Assembly: GCA_044222185.1 (NCBI GenBank)
Contig: JBGANV010000006.1
Location: 320,001 to 384,000, forward strand
Direction: 5' to 3'
DNA from: Planctomycetota bacterium
Lineage (GTDB): Bacteria; Planctomycetota; GCA-002687715; CAIWVZ01
DNA: 64,000 nt
Positions 42,701 through 52,412 of the stretch are shown one piece after another (within the stretch, counting starts at the first letter, position 1; every line of letters starts with the position of its first letter). Made by a program: the position numbers and the translations under genes. The notes beneath the pieces are model-generated. The model was not told where the DNA came from. It was given only the letters and a program-made list of their open reading frames with translations, and made no database searches.

Positions 42701-43154
42701 CGGCCTTCAGGTCGTGCTCGGCGACGAGCGTGCCCAGGTGATAGAGCGCTGTCGGATCGTCGGGCGCGCGCGCGAGCGCTTCCTTGAACGCCTCCTCCGC
42801 CTCGGCGCTGCGGCCCAGATGCTTCAGGAGGATCCCGCGCAGGAAGTGGGGCTGGGGCGCCTTCGGATCCAACGCGATCGCCTTGCCGCACGCGTCGAAG
42901 CAAGGCTGGTGCGTTTCGATGAGGTTGCGATTGAGCTGGGCCGAGGCGTAGTTGATCCACGCGGGCGCGTGATCGGGGCGAGCCTTCGTGCACGCATCGA
43001 ACGTCTTCGATGCATCCACGAACTGATGCTGCTCCAGCTCGACGATGCCTCGGTTGAAGAGCGCGACGTAATCGACCGGAGGCTCGCCGCCCGTGCCGCA
43101 TCCACTGAGCGTGCCGAGCAGAACGCCGACACCGAGGAGGACGAACCGCTTCAT
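39753..43154 (-). CDS. Lipoprotein with TPR, FG-GAP repeats and ASPIC/UnbV domain (CRTAC1-like)
   Basis: Lipobox LSGC; N-terminal TPRs; DxDxDxDxD repeats; GIGARVEV...LHFGLG...VRITWP; SSCPMLF. Confidence 0.88.
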   Translation of the reverse strand: MKRFVLLGVGVLLGTLSGCGTGGEPPVDYVALFNRGIVELEQHQFVDASKTFDACTKARPDHAPAWINYASAQLNRNLIETHQPCFDACGKAIALDPKAPQPHFLRGILLKHLGRSAEAEEAFKEALARAPDDPTALYHLGTLVAEHDLKAGVELLEKSVAGETHLSSAIYALAGLKRRTDRAAQEQLLTLFQAFERAETGNKRRIIYTEMGRLGEAVRDPGLGVAAQTPPTKLTASEVHVTSIAGALLAVFDQGGTTIVATRGEKRGIRLSSWESGKLVSRPDAEVAQIDDEDPVDQLIAADLDQNGSTDLLVIGGGRASEFLFRDGQYRRMAFPKGWEERRPMFRRIRSACVADIDQDADVDVILLESDGRGDPPQGNRLDIFLNERDGSFVEAPGQSGAPESRPGAFRPPPLPSLSDFDRVCAADLDGDADADLVFSGKGGVRIWRNERLLRFTDVTARSGLFELNDVTSFIVEDADADRATDLVVSGKAGLGLYRQVTSSPFQITFNAVAAAAPQDGSAGLCRLADLDGDGTDELVVVGSKSIRVIPASVIRSGSFAATLEWPLPPDPTTNSPRPTAFVIADVNGDLAPDLCVGTEVSTAVYFGTKSAGNHALDIKLAGRIDPGKMRANAGGIGARVEVMTGTNFRVRELRASDGTPGSGPSNLHFGLGVNGTADYVRITWPDDVLQSEGSVPGDQKKVIEEFQRKGSSCPMLFVWTGERWDLVTDFLGVGGLGFALSPGEFGPPDPSELVLIPRLASKGGRIPIRIHEPFEEVCYLDRVKLLAVDHPIDVDVIPDERFAITAPQPDGKLLAIRERHFPIAATGPDGRDVLREVSAIDRTYASTKPDPRFIGFAEPSAFVFDFGDALRRVSETKATVLGLDGWVEYPYSHVNIAAAQAGVRLEGLGVDVEVAGRGFVALMNDACYPAGLSRTMTLPLGALPANLTGRMRLRTNQEFYVDRIWLTEPVDVPLTVRALDPVTADLRFTGYPREYSPDGRAPRLYDGNIMDPSFPWKCLAGAFTRFGDVKELLTDADDCFVVYGGGEEISLEFPEPPAPAPGMTRTWVLDAFGWCKDMDPHTAHPYTVEPLPFRGMSNYPYREDEHFPDGAVQRAWRDGYQTRILPGTRARR

Positions 43155-44170
43155 CGTTCAGTCTCCCGAGTTCCGAGTCCCAAGTTGCGCTTGGCGTCGT
43201 CGATCCGACGGTCGAGTTCGCGCACGGTGTGGTCGGCGGGCTTCTGCGGCCCCAGGAATCCAGGTTGCTGCTGGAGTCGATAGGCTCGCCCCCGGCGATG
43301 GGCGAGGAAGTTGTGGAGTTGCCGTTCGGCACGAGCCGCGCGCAACGACGCGAGGTCGAGTGGCCCGACGACGATCTTCTCGCCGGGCCCCGGATCGGCC
43401 TGGGTCAGGATGCGACCGTCGAAATCCACGATCATGCTGCCGCCGGGCCACGAGAACGGCGGATAGTTCGCGAGCGACGCACCCTGGTTCGCGGCGACGA
43501 CGTACGCGAGGTTTTCGACGGCGCGACAACGGTTGACGACGGTCCACCAGTCCATGGGCGGCGTCGCACCCCACGGGTCCATGTAGGCCGAGATGCGGAT
43601 GAGCACTTCGGCGCCGCCGAGCGCCAGCTCGCGCGTGACCTCGGGGAAGAGCCAGTCGTAGCAGGTGGCGCACCCGAGCTTGCCGATCTCCGTGTCGACG
43701 ACGGGGAACAGCGGTTCGTCGTAGCCGGGGAGGTCCGCCGGGCTCGCGTGCACCTCCCACGGGATCCACGGGTTCACCTTGCGATACCGCGAGAGGATGC
43801 CGTCCGGTCCGATGAGCGGCGACGCGTTGAACACGAGCCCGGGCCAGCGCGGATCCGTCTCGATGAGGCTGCCGGCCTGGATGTAGACGCCGAGCTCGCG
43901 CGCGAGGGCGACGAGGCGATCGGTGTGCGGATTGGGGATCGGCAGCGCCAGGTGTTCGATCAGCTGGTCGACGTGCTCGTAGCTCGGCGGTGACCACGCG
44001 AACTCGGGGAACACCACGAGGCCGATGCGATGCAGCGGGCGATACCCGACGACGGCGCACCGCGTCATTTCGATCATGCGGTCGACGTTGGCCGCGATGT
44101 CGTCGCGCGTGCGGGCTGAAGGACGGTCCCACTGGCACGCGGCGACCCAGGTTCGGTCGCGTGGGGTCAT
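43151..44170 (-). CDS. Nitrilase-superfamily carbon-nitrogen hydrolase (amidase-like)
   Basis: Glu-Lys-Cys triad in VFPEF, YRKVNP and CYDWLFPE; ATGA overlap with the downstream gene. Confidence 0.9.
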   Translation of the reverse strand: MTPRDRTWVAACQWDRPSARTRDDIAANVDRMIEMTRCAVVGYRPLHRIGLVVFPEFAWSPPSYEHVDQLIEHLALPIPNPHTDRLVALARELGVYIQAGSLIETDPRWPGLVFNASPLIGPDGILSRYRKVNPWIPWEVHASPADLPGYDEPLFPVVDTEIGKLGCATCYDWLFPEVTRELALGGAEVLIRISAYMDPWGATPPMDWWTVVNRCRAVENLAYVVAANQGASLANYPPFSWPGGSMIVDFDGRILTQADPGPGEKIVVGPLDLASLRAARAERQLHNFLAHRRGRAYRLQQQPGFLGPQKPADHTVRELDRRIDDAKRNLGLGTRETER

Positions 44171-44210
44171 GGCGGCGCAGCATAGCAGCGCCGAATCCGG
44201 CGGATTCTCG

Positions 44211-45155
44211 TCAGAGTTCTTCGATGGCGTCGGGCACGCCGTCGAGGACACGCGGCAGGTCCGCCTCGGTGATCGCGAGCGCGGCGAGTGCATGCGGGCC
44301 GGCGACGGCGCGGCCGTCGTCCTGCGAACCGACGTGCAGTCGATGGCACGCGTTGTTTGCGATCGCGATGATCGCCTGCGCCGCGGTGAGCGGGACGTCA
44401 TCGGACTCGGAGTGGCGCTGGATGCAGTCGATGACCTCGTCCGGCAGGTTCCATTGGAGAGCGAGTTCGGCGCCTACCCGCTCGTGATGCTGCTGGATCG
44501 TCCAGTCGATGAACTCGCTGCGCAGAATCTTGTGCTGCGAGCGCACGGCGAGAGTGTCGAGGAGCGCGAGGACGACGGCCTTCCCGATGTCGTGGAACAG
44601 CCCCGCGAGGTAGAGGTCGTCCGGGTCGCGACCGACGTTCTTCGCGATACGTGCGGCGATGCATGCGCAGCCGATGGAGTGACGCCACAGGCGCTCGGCG
44701 CGCGGGAGTTCGGAACCGCCGTAGACGACGGCGCGCAGACACGACGCGAAGATCAGGCTGCGTGTCCTCCGGAACCCCACGCGAACGATGGCTTGGGGGA
44801 TGTTCGTCACCGCCCCCGCGCCCGCGAACAACGCCGAGTTCGCAAACGAGACGACGTCGGAGGCGAGCTGCTGGTCCTTGTGAATGAGCGACGAGACGGC
44901 GGCCGCGTCCACGTCCGGGTGGGACAGAAGCCCCATGGCCTCGGCGGCGACGGCGGGGACTTGCGGGATGCGGAAGTGTCCCAGTCGCGTGTTGCGCTCG
45001 ACGCGGGATGCGAGAAGCGCCTCGGCGTCACCGAGTTCGATCACCGCGGGCTCGATCGTGACCGTGCCGGCACTCGCCACCCACCACGGTGGGGACGCAA
45101 CCTGTTCCGCGACTCCGATCCCGGCTGTCACCCTGAGACCTCCGCTTGGCTTCAT
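44211..45155 (-). CDS. HDOD domain protein
   Basis: DQQLASDVVSFANSA, QAIVRVG, LWRHS, AGLFHDIGK, HERVGAELALQWNLP. Start approximate. Confidence 0.88.
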   Translation of the reverse strand: MKPSGGLRVTAGIGVAEQVASPPWWVASAGTVTIEPAVIELGDAEALLASRVERNTRLGHFRIPQVPAVAAEAMGLLSHPDVDAAAVSSLIHKDQQLASDVVSFANSALFAGAGAVTNIPQAIVRVGFRRTRSLIFASCLRAVVYGGSELPRAERLWRHSIGCACIAARIAKNVGRDPDDLYLAGLFHDIGKAVVLALLDTLAVRSQHKILRSEFIDWTIQQHHERVGAELALQWNLPDEVIDCIQRHSESDDVPLTAAQAIIAIANNACHRLHVGSQDDGRAVAGPHALAALAITEADLPRVLDGVPDAIEEL

Positions 45156-45324
45156 CGACCCGATCCTGACCTCGCTGCCTGAGTGGATCGGCAGACCGTG
45201 CCGTCGGAATTCAGCCCGTCTACGGAGTTTTTGCGGCGCGGCCCCGGACGCGGGTTGGGGCACGCGCTGGGGGCGACGCGGCGTGGGCAACGGCCCTTCG
45301 CACGACGACGTGTAGACTCGGGCC

Positions 45325-46266
45325 ATGGGGCATGCAAACCGTCTGTTCCTCGCCTTCGTGACGCTCGTCGCCCTCGCCTGGGGGCAGGCCGCGGACACGC
45401 GCCCAGCGCCGCAGCCGGAGTCCCGGCGAACGATTCCTCTTGGGAAGGCCGCCCAGGCGATCGATTTCGATGGAACTCCGCTCGAGATCCACACGCTCAA
45501 GCCCCCGGGCTACGCGGGGGAGCGGATGCTCATCGTCATGCACGGCGTTCTGCGAAACGCCGACGAGTACAGGGACGATTCAGCGGGGATGGCCGAGCGC
45601 TTCGGCGCCCTCGTCATCGCGCCCAAGTTCGATGCGACGCGGTTCCCGAGCTGGCGCTATCAGCAGGGCGGAATTCGCGGGCCCGACTCCCGGCCGCGCA
45701 CGTCCGACGAGTGGACCTATGCGTTCATCCCGAAGATCGCCCGGGAGATCCGCAGGATCGAGGGGCGGCCACAGATGCCGTACTGGATCATCGGGCACTC
45801 GGCCGGCGGGCAGTTCGTGGCGCGCATGTCGGCGTTCCAGGACACGGGCGCCGAGCGGCTCGTGGCCGCCAATCCGGGCTCGGACCTGTTTCCCACTCGC
45901 GACATGACGTTCGGGTACGGCTTCGGCGGGCTCCCCGAATCCCTCTCATCGGACGATCGTTTGAAGAGCTACCTGGCGGCTCCGCTGACGCTGTTCCTCG
46001 GGACGGCCGATGATCACCCGGACGAGAACTTCGACGGAAGCGCGCCGGCGATGAAGCAGGGCGCAGGCAGGTATCAGCGAGGGCTCGAGTGCTTCCGCCG
46101 CGGAAGGGAACTCGCGGCTGAGCGTCGGTGGGCGTTCAACTGGCGTCTCGTGGAGGCGCCGGGCATCGCGCACGACCACTCGAAGATGTTCGACCACCCG
46201 CAATGCGAGGTGGCGCTGTTCGGCCGGGCGACGGAGAGCCGGCCGTCGACGGCCGGCCGCGACTGA
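45325..46266 (+). CDS. Secreted alpha/beta hydrolase
   Basis: Signal peptide; HGVLRNA; GHSAGGQF nucleophile elbow; PGIAHD. Confidence 0.85.
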   Translation: MGHANRLFLAFVTLVALAWGQAADTRPAPQPESRRTIPLGKAAQAIDFDGTPLEIHTLKPPGYAGERMLIVMHGVLRNADEYRDDSAGMAERFGALVIAPKFDATRFPSWRYQQGGIRGPDSRPRTSDEWTYAFIPKIAREIRRIEGRPQMPYWIIGHSAGGQFVARMSAFQDTGAERLVAANPGSDLFPTRDMTFGYGFGGLPESLSSDDRLKSYLAAPLTLFLGTADDHPDENFDGSAPAMKQGAGRYQRGLECFRRGRELAAERRWAFNWRLVEAPGIAHDHSKMFDHPQCEVALFGRATESRPSTAGRD

Positions 46267-46284
46267 GGGCGGTCATCCGCCCTC
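46265..46284. terminator. Perfect 8-bp hairpin between convergent genes
   Basis: GAGGGCGG-TCAT-CCGCCCTC. Confidence 0.5.
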
Positions 46285-46289
46285 GCGGT

Positions 46290-47066
46290 TCACTTGATGC
46301 GCTTGATGATGTGGAAGCCGAAGGGGCTCAGGTCCTTGTCGTAGGGCGTGATCGCCGCGTCGCCCACTTCGAGGGCGAATGCGACGGCCGTGAATCCTGC
46401 GACGAACGTGGCGCGGTCGATGGCGCCCTCCTTCGGGTGACCGTCGTTCGCGAGGAGGTACTTGCCGGGCGGATCCGCGTTCTTCGAACCCGGGTCCTCC
46501 GTGTACTGCTTGACGAGGGCGCCGAAGTCGGCACCGTCCTTGACCTTCTGCAGGATCTCCTCGGCGAGCTTCTTCGCCTCTTCCGCCGTGCGCTTCTTCT
46601 CAGCCGGGTTCCGCGAGGGCTTGCCGTCCGAGCAGCCGATGAGGCAGTGCTGGACCGTCACCTCGTCCGGCTCGGGGCGCTTGAAGGCGAACAATGCGAC
46701 GGAGAGCTCCTGTGAAGCATCGCCACGCTTGATGCTCACGGTGAACGTGTCGCCGGTCTTCTTGCGCGCCATCGCCTTCCGGTAGGACATGTCGTCGGTG
46801 ATCTTGTCCGGGCCGATCGACACGATGACGTCGCCGACCTTCATGCCGGCCTTGTCGGCAGGCGAGCCGGCCTGCACCGACTCGACGCGGGCGATGCCCG
46901 ACTTCTCGAGGGTGATGGTGTCGCACCGCACGCCAAGGCGCGGGTGATCCGGCTTGACCTCGGCGGGGCGACTCTCGGCTGCGGGCTGGGTCGCCGGACT
47001 CTTGTCCTGCGCGAAGCCGCACACTGCGATGAGCGAAACCAGGACTGGGGCCCACAAACGCGACAT
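46290..47066 (-). CDS. Exported PDZ domain plus parvulin-type peptidyl-prolyl isomerase
   Basis: GSPADKAGMKVGDVI (PDZ); VQHCLI...FGALVKQYTEDP...SPFGFHIIKR (parvulin). Confidence 0.88.
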   Translation of the reverse strand: MSRLWAPVLVSLIAVCGFAQDKSPATQPAAESRPAEVKPDHPRLGVRCDTITLEKSGIARVESVQAGSPADKAGMKVGDVIVSIGPDKITDDMSYRKAMARKKTGDTFTVSIKRGDASQELSVALFAFKRPEPDEVTVQHCLIGCSDGKPSRNPAEKKRTAEEAKKLAEEILQKVKDGADFGALVKQYTEDPGSKNADPPGKYLLANDGHPKEGAIDRATFVAGFTAVAFALEVGDAAITPYDKDLSPFGFHIIKRIK

Positions 47067-47240
47067 GCTGATCCTCCGAAACGGGCCGGAAAGATACCCG
47101 CGTGGCGGTTTGGCCCAAAGCCCCGCGGGCGGGGCCAGTGACGGCGCGACCGCTATGATCCGGCCCACGCGCGGGAAAACCCCTTCGCGCCGCTGGCGCC
47201 GGGAACCGCAGGTCCGGTCCAAACGGAGACGTCTCCACCC

Positions 47241-49463
47241 ATGCCACGAGCCTTCCGTCCGAACGTGTTCGTCCAGTCGGGTTCTCTCGCGGTGATCCTC
47301 TGCGCCGTCGTTTGCGCCCAGGACGCCGGAAGGCTGACACTCGAGAGGCTCTACCATCCCACGTTGCGGCAACCGGTCGTCGGGACACCCGGGACTCAGC
47401 TCGCGTGGCTCGCGGACGGAGTCCTCCAGGAGACACGGGTCGATCGGCGCAAGCGGACGGTCGATGTGTTCCGCGTCGACCCCAAGTCCGGTGAGACGGC
47501 GCCGCTGGTGGATGCGCAGAAGGTCACGCAGGCGTTGTCCGCTGCGGGGGCGCCGGCCGATGCCCTCGCGGCGGCCGTCGCAGGCGGCGGTTTCGTGTGG
47601 AGCGACATCCGGGACGCCTTCGTTCTCGACATCGGCGGCGACCTCTTCTACATGTCCCTCGCCATGGGCAAGGCTCAGCGGTTGACCAACCGACCGGGCG
47701 AGGAAGAGGAAGCGACGTTCTCACCGAGCGGAACCATGGTCGCGTTCGTGCGCGCGAACGACATCTACGTGTCGAACGTGGCCGATGGCGTCGAGACGCG
47801 CCTCACCCAGAACGGATCTCCGACGCAGCTGAACGGGAAACTCGACTGGGTCTACCAGGAGGAGATCTACGGCCGCGGCAACTGGAAGGGGTATTGGTGG
47901 TCGCCGGATTCGAAAGCGATCGCCTACCTGTCGCTCGACGAAAGCAAGGTGCCCGCGTTCACGGTGCTCGATCACCGCACGCTCCATCAGGACGCGCACA
48001 CGGCGGCGTATCCCAAGGTCGGCGATCCCAATCCACTCGTGAAGTTGGGTGTGGTCGCGGCCGCTGGCGGCCCGACCGTGTGGACGAAGATCCCGCAGCC
48101 ACTCGACGATGCATTGATCGTCAACGTCGGGTGGACGCCGGATGCGCGTCTCCAGGCGCAGGTGCAGAACCGCGCGCAGACCTGGCTCGAGCTTCGGACG
48201 TTCGCTTCCGATGGTGAGTCCTCGGTCGTCATTCGCGAAACGACGAAGGCGTGGGTCGAGCGCCTCGAGATGCCCCTGTGGCTGAAGGATGGGTCGTTCC
48301 TCTGGGAGAGCGATCGAGACGGACGTCATCACGTCTACCGCGTCGCCGCCGATGGGAAGCTGCTGAACGCGGTGACCGCGGGCGCGTGGGACGTTCGCAA
48401 GGTGCACGGCGTCGATGCGCGGCAGGAGGTGCTGTATTTCAGCGGAACGGAGCGCTCGGCGATCGGGGAGGATGTGTATCGCGTCGCTCTCGACGGGACG
48501 AAGCTGAAGCGGCTGACCGAGGCGGCGGGCACCCACTCGCAGGTGAGATTCAGCCCGGACTTCCGGTACTTCGTCGAGATGTGGAGCGACGTCAACACGC
48601 CGGCGCAGCAATCGATTCGCGACAACGAAGGCAAGCTCGTGCGCGTCGTGGACGCCAACGAGTCGCCCGCGTGGGCGGCGGTGAAGAAGGCGCGGATTTC
48701 GTTCCAGCAGGTGCAAACGCACGACGGGTTCCCGATGGAAACCATGTTGATGCTTCCGCCGGACCTGGATCCCGAGCATCCGCCCGAGGGGAAGAAGTTC
48801 CCCGTGCTGTGCTTCATCTACGGCGGGCCGTCGACGCCGATGGTGAAGAACATGCTCAACCGGTACGTGCTGTTCCACACGCTGCTCTGCCAGGAGGGCT
48901 ACATCGTCTGGGTGTGCGACAACCGCTCCGCATCAGGCAAGGGGTGGGGCAGTGCGTGGGGCGTGTGGAAGAACATGGGCGAGCAGGAACTGGCCGATCA
49001 GCTCGAGGGTCTTGCCTGGCTCAGGCAGAAGCCGTTCGTCGATTCGTCGCGCGTCGGCATCTGGGGTTGGAGCTATGGCGGATACATGACGCTGTACTCG
49101 CTCACGCACAGCGATCAGTTCAAGATGGGAATCGCCGGGGCGCCCGTCACCGACTGGCGTCTGTACGACTCGATCTACACCGAGCGCTACATGGGGCTCC
49201 TCTCCGAGAACGAGGCCGGCTACGTGAAGTGCTCGCCGCTGGGTTCGGTCGCGAACCTGTCGGGGAAGCTCCTCGTTCTTCACGGCACCATGGACGACAA
49301 CGTTCATCCGCAGAACACGCTGCGCCTGCTCGACGAGATCCAGCGGCTCGGGAAGTCGTGCGAGCTGATGCTCCTGCCCGGGTCGGATCACTCCCCGCGC
49401 ACCCCGCCGAATCAGTGGGGTCAGTACAAGACCATGTACGACTTCATCAAGCGGGAGCTGTGA
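47241..49463 (+). CDS. S9B dipeptidyl-peptidase IV-like protein
   Basis: DWVYQEEI, YPKVG, GWSYGG, HGTMDDNVH, SDH. Confidence 0.94.
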   Translation: MPRAFRPNVFVQSGSLAVILCAVVCAQDAGRLTLERLYHPTLRQPVVGTPGTQLAWLADGVLQETRVDRRKRTVDVFRVDPKSGETAPLVDAQKVTQALSAAGAPADALAAAVAGGGFVWSDIRDAFVLDIGGDLFYMSLAMGKAQRLTNRPGEEEEATFSPSGTMVAFVRANDIYVSNVADGVETRLTQNGSPTQLNGKLDWVYQEEIYGRGNWKGYWWSPDSKAIAYLSLDESKVPAFTVLDHRTLHQDAHTAAYPKVGDPNPLVKLGVVAAAGGPTVWTKIPQPLDDALIVNVGWTPDARLQAQVQNRAQTWLELRTFASDGESSVVIRETTKAWVERLEMPLWLKDGSFLWESDRDGRHHVYRVAADGKLLNAVTAGAWDVRKVHGVDARQEVLYFSGTERSAIGEDVYRVALDGTKLKRLTEAAGTHSQVRFSPDFRYFVEMWSDVNTPAQQSIRDNEGKLVRVVDANESPAWAAVKKARISFQQVQTHDGFPMETMLMLPPDLDPEHPPEGKKFPVLCFIYGGPSTPMVKNMLNRYVLFHTLLCQEGYIVWVCDNRSASGKGWGSAWGVWKNMGEQELADQLEGLAWLRQKPFVDSSRVGIWGWSYGGYMTLYSLTHSDQFKMGIAGAPVTDWRLYDSIYTERYMGLLSENEAGYVKCSPLGSVANLSGKLLVLHGTMDDNVHPQNTLRLLDEIQRLGKSCELMLLPGSDHSPRTPPNQWGQYKTMYDFIKREL

Positions 49464-49479
49464 CGCGGAGGTCGCGGTT

Positions 49480-50251
49480 CGGAGCGCCAGGCTTCGAGCC
49501 TGGCCGGACCGGCAGGGCTCCAGCCCTGCCGCGGGTGTGGGCTGGCGTGAGCAAGCGGGCTGTCACGGGCAGCCTGAACTCGTCGCGTTTGCCGGTGGCG
49601 GGTCTGCGGAGGTCGCGAGTTCGCGTCAGGGCTGGAGCCCTGCCGAACCAGCCACGCTGGAGCGCGGCGTTCCGGAGCGCCAGGCTTCAGGCCTGGCTGG
49701 ACCGGCAGGGCTCCCGCCCTGCCGCGGGTGTGGGCTGGCGTGAGCAAGCGGGCTGTCACGCGCAGCCTGAACTCGTCGCGTTTGCGTGTGGCGGGTCTGC
49801 GGAGGTCGCGAGTTCGCGTCAGGGCTGGAGCCCTGCCGAACCAGCCACGCTGGAGCGCGGCGTTCCGGAGCGCCAGGCTTCAGGCCTGGCTGGACCGGCA
49901 GGGCTCCCGCCCTGCCGCGGGTGTGGGCTGGCGTGAGCAAGCGGGCTGTCACGGGCAGCCTGAACTCGTCGCGTTTGCCGGTGGCGGGTCTGCGGAGGTC
50001 GCGAGTTCGCGTCAGGGCTGGAGCCCTGACGAACCGGCCGCGCTGGAGCGCGGCGTTCCAGAGCGCCAGGCTTCGAGCCTGGCTGGACCGGCAGGGCTCC
50101 CGCCCTGCCGCGGATGTGGGCTGGCGTGAGCAAGCGGGCTGTCACGGGCAGCCTGAACTCGTCGCCTTTGCGTGTGGCGGGTCTGCGGAGGTCGCGAGTT
50201 CGCGTCGGGGCTGGAGCCTGACGAACCGGCCGCGCTGGGCGCGGGCGTTCC
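49480..50251. repeat. Four tandem 193-bp REP/BIME-like units
   Basis: Unit starts at 49480, 49673, 49866 and 50059; near-identical, with internal inverted palindromes. Confidence 0.95.
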
Positions 50252-52197
50252 GCCCCAGTGTCAGGGTAGTTGCCGCCTCGGTCGAGGGGCCGCGGGGTTC
50301 CCTGCCCGGCTCCGAGCCGGGCGGGGCGCGACCCCTGCTCGAGCACGCCCTCAAGGCGTGCTCGTTTGCCCCCCGGGGGGGGCAAAAAAATCTTCTCCGC
50401 AAGGAGATCACGGATCGGGGGCGAAGGAGAGCTCTGGGTGATTCACAGCGAAGGCTTCAAGGAACGGATTCTCCAGCGGATCTTCGGGCCCGAGGAGCGA
50501 AAGATCACGGCCCTCCTGAGGAACTGGGAATCGCCCGAAGTACGTTGAGGCACTGGGTTCAGTTGGCGAATAGAGCCCTCCCCATGGGAACCCACAACGA
50601 CGAGCAGCGCGAGAACCCCATGAGTCGAAGCGGTGGAGTGCTGCGGAGAAGCTGCAAGTCGTCATGGAGGCATCGTCGATCCCTCAAGTCGAGCTCGGCG
50701 AGTTCTTGCGCCGCAGAGGCGTTCACAGGAGCGGACCTCAATGCCTGGCGCACGATCGTGACGGCAGCCGCCTCAGATGGCTTGGACGGCACGCGCTCCT
50801 CGACGAAGGCCGCCGCTACAGCCGCACGCCGGATCAAGGAGACTCGAGACGGATCTGGCGAAGAAGGAGAAGCGGCTGCGAGCCGTCGGGCTCTGCTCGA
50901 CCTCCAAAAAAAAGTCTGCGAAATCTGGGGGGGACGCGGACGAGCCCACCCAGCCGAAGAGCGATCCATGATCATGAACCTCCTCGCGGATGCTGTGGCT
51001 GGTGGAGCGAGCCAGGCCGAGGCATGCAGATCTTGGACATCAGCGAAACGACCATCCAGCACTGGCGCAAGCAGCCCAGTGGCACCCGATCACCGCACGG
51101 GGCCCAAGCAACCACCGAAGAACAAGCTCACTGCGGCAGAGCGGCAGGAGGTCACACCCTCGTGACATCGCCGGAGTTCCGCGACCTCCCGCCAAGCCAG
51201 ATCGTTCGAGGCTCGCCGATCGAGAGATTTACGTTGCTTCTGAGTCCACGATCTACCGGATCCTGCGCTCGGAAGGGATGCAGCATCACCGAGGGGCCTC
51301 GCGGGCGCCAGCGACACGGAAGCGACCACGCGAGCTTCGGGCGACAGCCAAGAACCAGGTCTGGAGCTGGGACATCACCTACCTGCGGTCCCCTATAAAG
51401 GGCGTCTTTTCTACCTCTACGTCGCGATCGACGTGTGGAGTCCGAAAGATCGTCGGATGGGTGATCGAGTCGGAAGACACCGCTCACTCCTCGTGCTTCA
51501 TTGCGGCGGCGTGTGCCCGTGAAGGGGTCTCGCGCGGCGATCTCGTCATCCACTCGGACAACGGCAGTCCGATGAGGGGCGCGACGTTGCTCGCCACGCT
51601 GCAGTCGCTCGGCGTGGCGACGTCGTTCAGTCGCGAGCGTGAGCAACGACCAATCCCTTCTCGGAGTCGCTGTTCTGCACGCTCAAGTACCGGCCGGAGT
51701 TCCCCAGCGGGCCCTTCCCGTCGGTCGCACACGCGCGTTCGTGGATGGTGACGTTCACACGCTGGTACAACACCGAGCATCGACACAGCGGCATCCGCTT
51801 CGTCACGCCAGAGGAACGCCATAGCGGTCGCGAAGCGTCCTTGCTCGAGGGGCGCAGCTGCGTCTACGAGAAGGCGCGCGCCATGCGCCCTGAGCGCTGG
51901 ACAGGTGACACGAGAAACTGGTCGCAGATCGAAGCCGTGACGCTCAATCCAGAGCCCGAGCCGAGAGCGAGACAGAACGCATGAGGCTCGCTTCGAGGTC
52001 AACGCGACCGGAACGTCCCAGGCGCTGGCAGTCGGCTCGGGTCGAACTGGGCGCCTCCTGCGAGGTCGACCGGCGACCCCGCTGGTCGTTCGCGCCGTCA
52101 TCGGCCTCTGCCGAGGTCGATCATGGCCGCGCCGCAGGCGCGGCGCCTTGCGGGTCAGACACGACCCATTGGGCAGCAACTACCTTGACACTTGCCG
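50252..52197 (+). mobile_element. IS3-family insertion sequence with frameshifted transposase
   Basis: Inverted repeats AGTGTCAGGGTAGTTGCCGCC / GGCAGCAACTACCTTGACACT; flanking TCC duplication (50249-50251 and 52198-52200); A8G tract at 50906-50914. Confidence 0.88.
50438..51984 (+). pseudogene. IS3-family transposase orfA/orfB broken into several frames
   Basis: Fragments in different frames: NQVWSWDITYL, HSDNGSPM, FSESLFCTLKY (DDE), WYNTEHRHSGIRFVTP. Confidence 0.82.
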
Positions 52198-52199
52198 TC

Positions 52200-52397
52200 C
52201 GGAGCGCCAGGCTTCGAGCCTGGCTGGACCGGCAGGGCTCCAGCCCTGCCGCGGATGTGGGCTGGCGTGAGCAAGCGGGCTGTCACGGGCAGCCTGAACT
52301 CGTCGCGTTCGCAGGTGGCGGGTCTGCGGAGGTCGCGAGTTCGCGTCAGGGCTGGAGCCCTGCCGAACCAGCCACGCTGGAGCGCGGCGTTCCGGAG
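52200..52397. repeat. Fifth 193-bp unit of the array, separated by the IS
   Basis: CGGAG at 52200 and again at 52393; sequence matches units 1-4. Confidence 0.93.
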
Positions 52398-52412
52398 AGG
52401 TTCACGAGCGCC

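Noticed and set aside
49421-51165. ORFs running through the tandem repeats
   Set aside because: The 193-bp period is not a multiple of 3; the translations are frame-rotating repeat text joined to IS fragments.
49480-52397. CRISPR array
   Set aside because: Whole 193-bp units are near-identical, with no unique spacers, and no cas genes are in the window.
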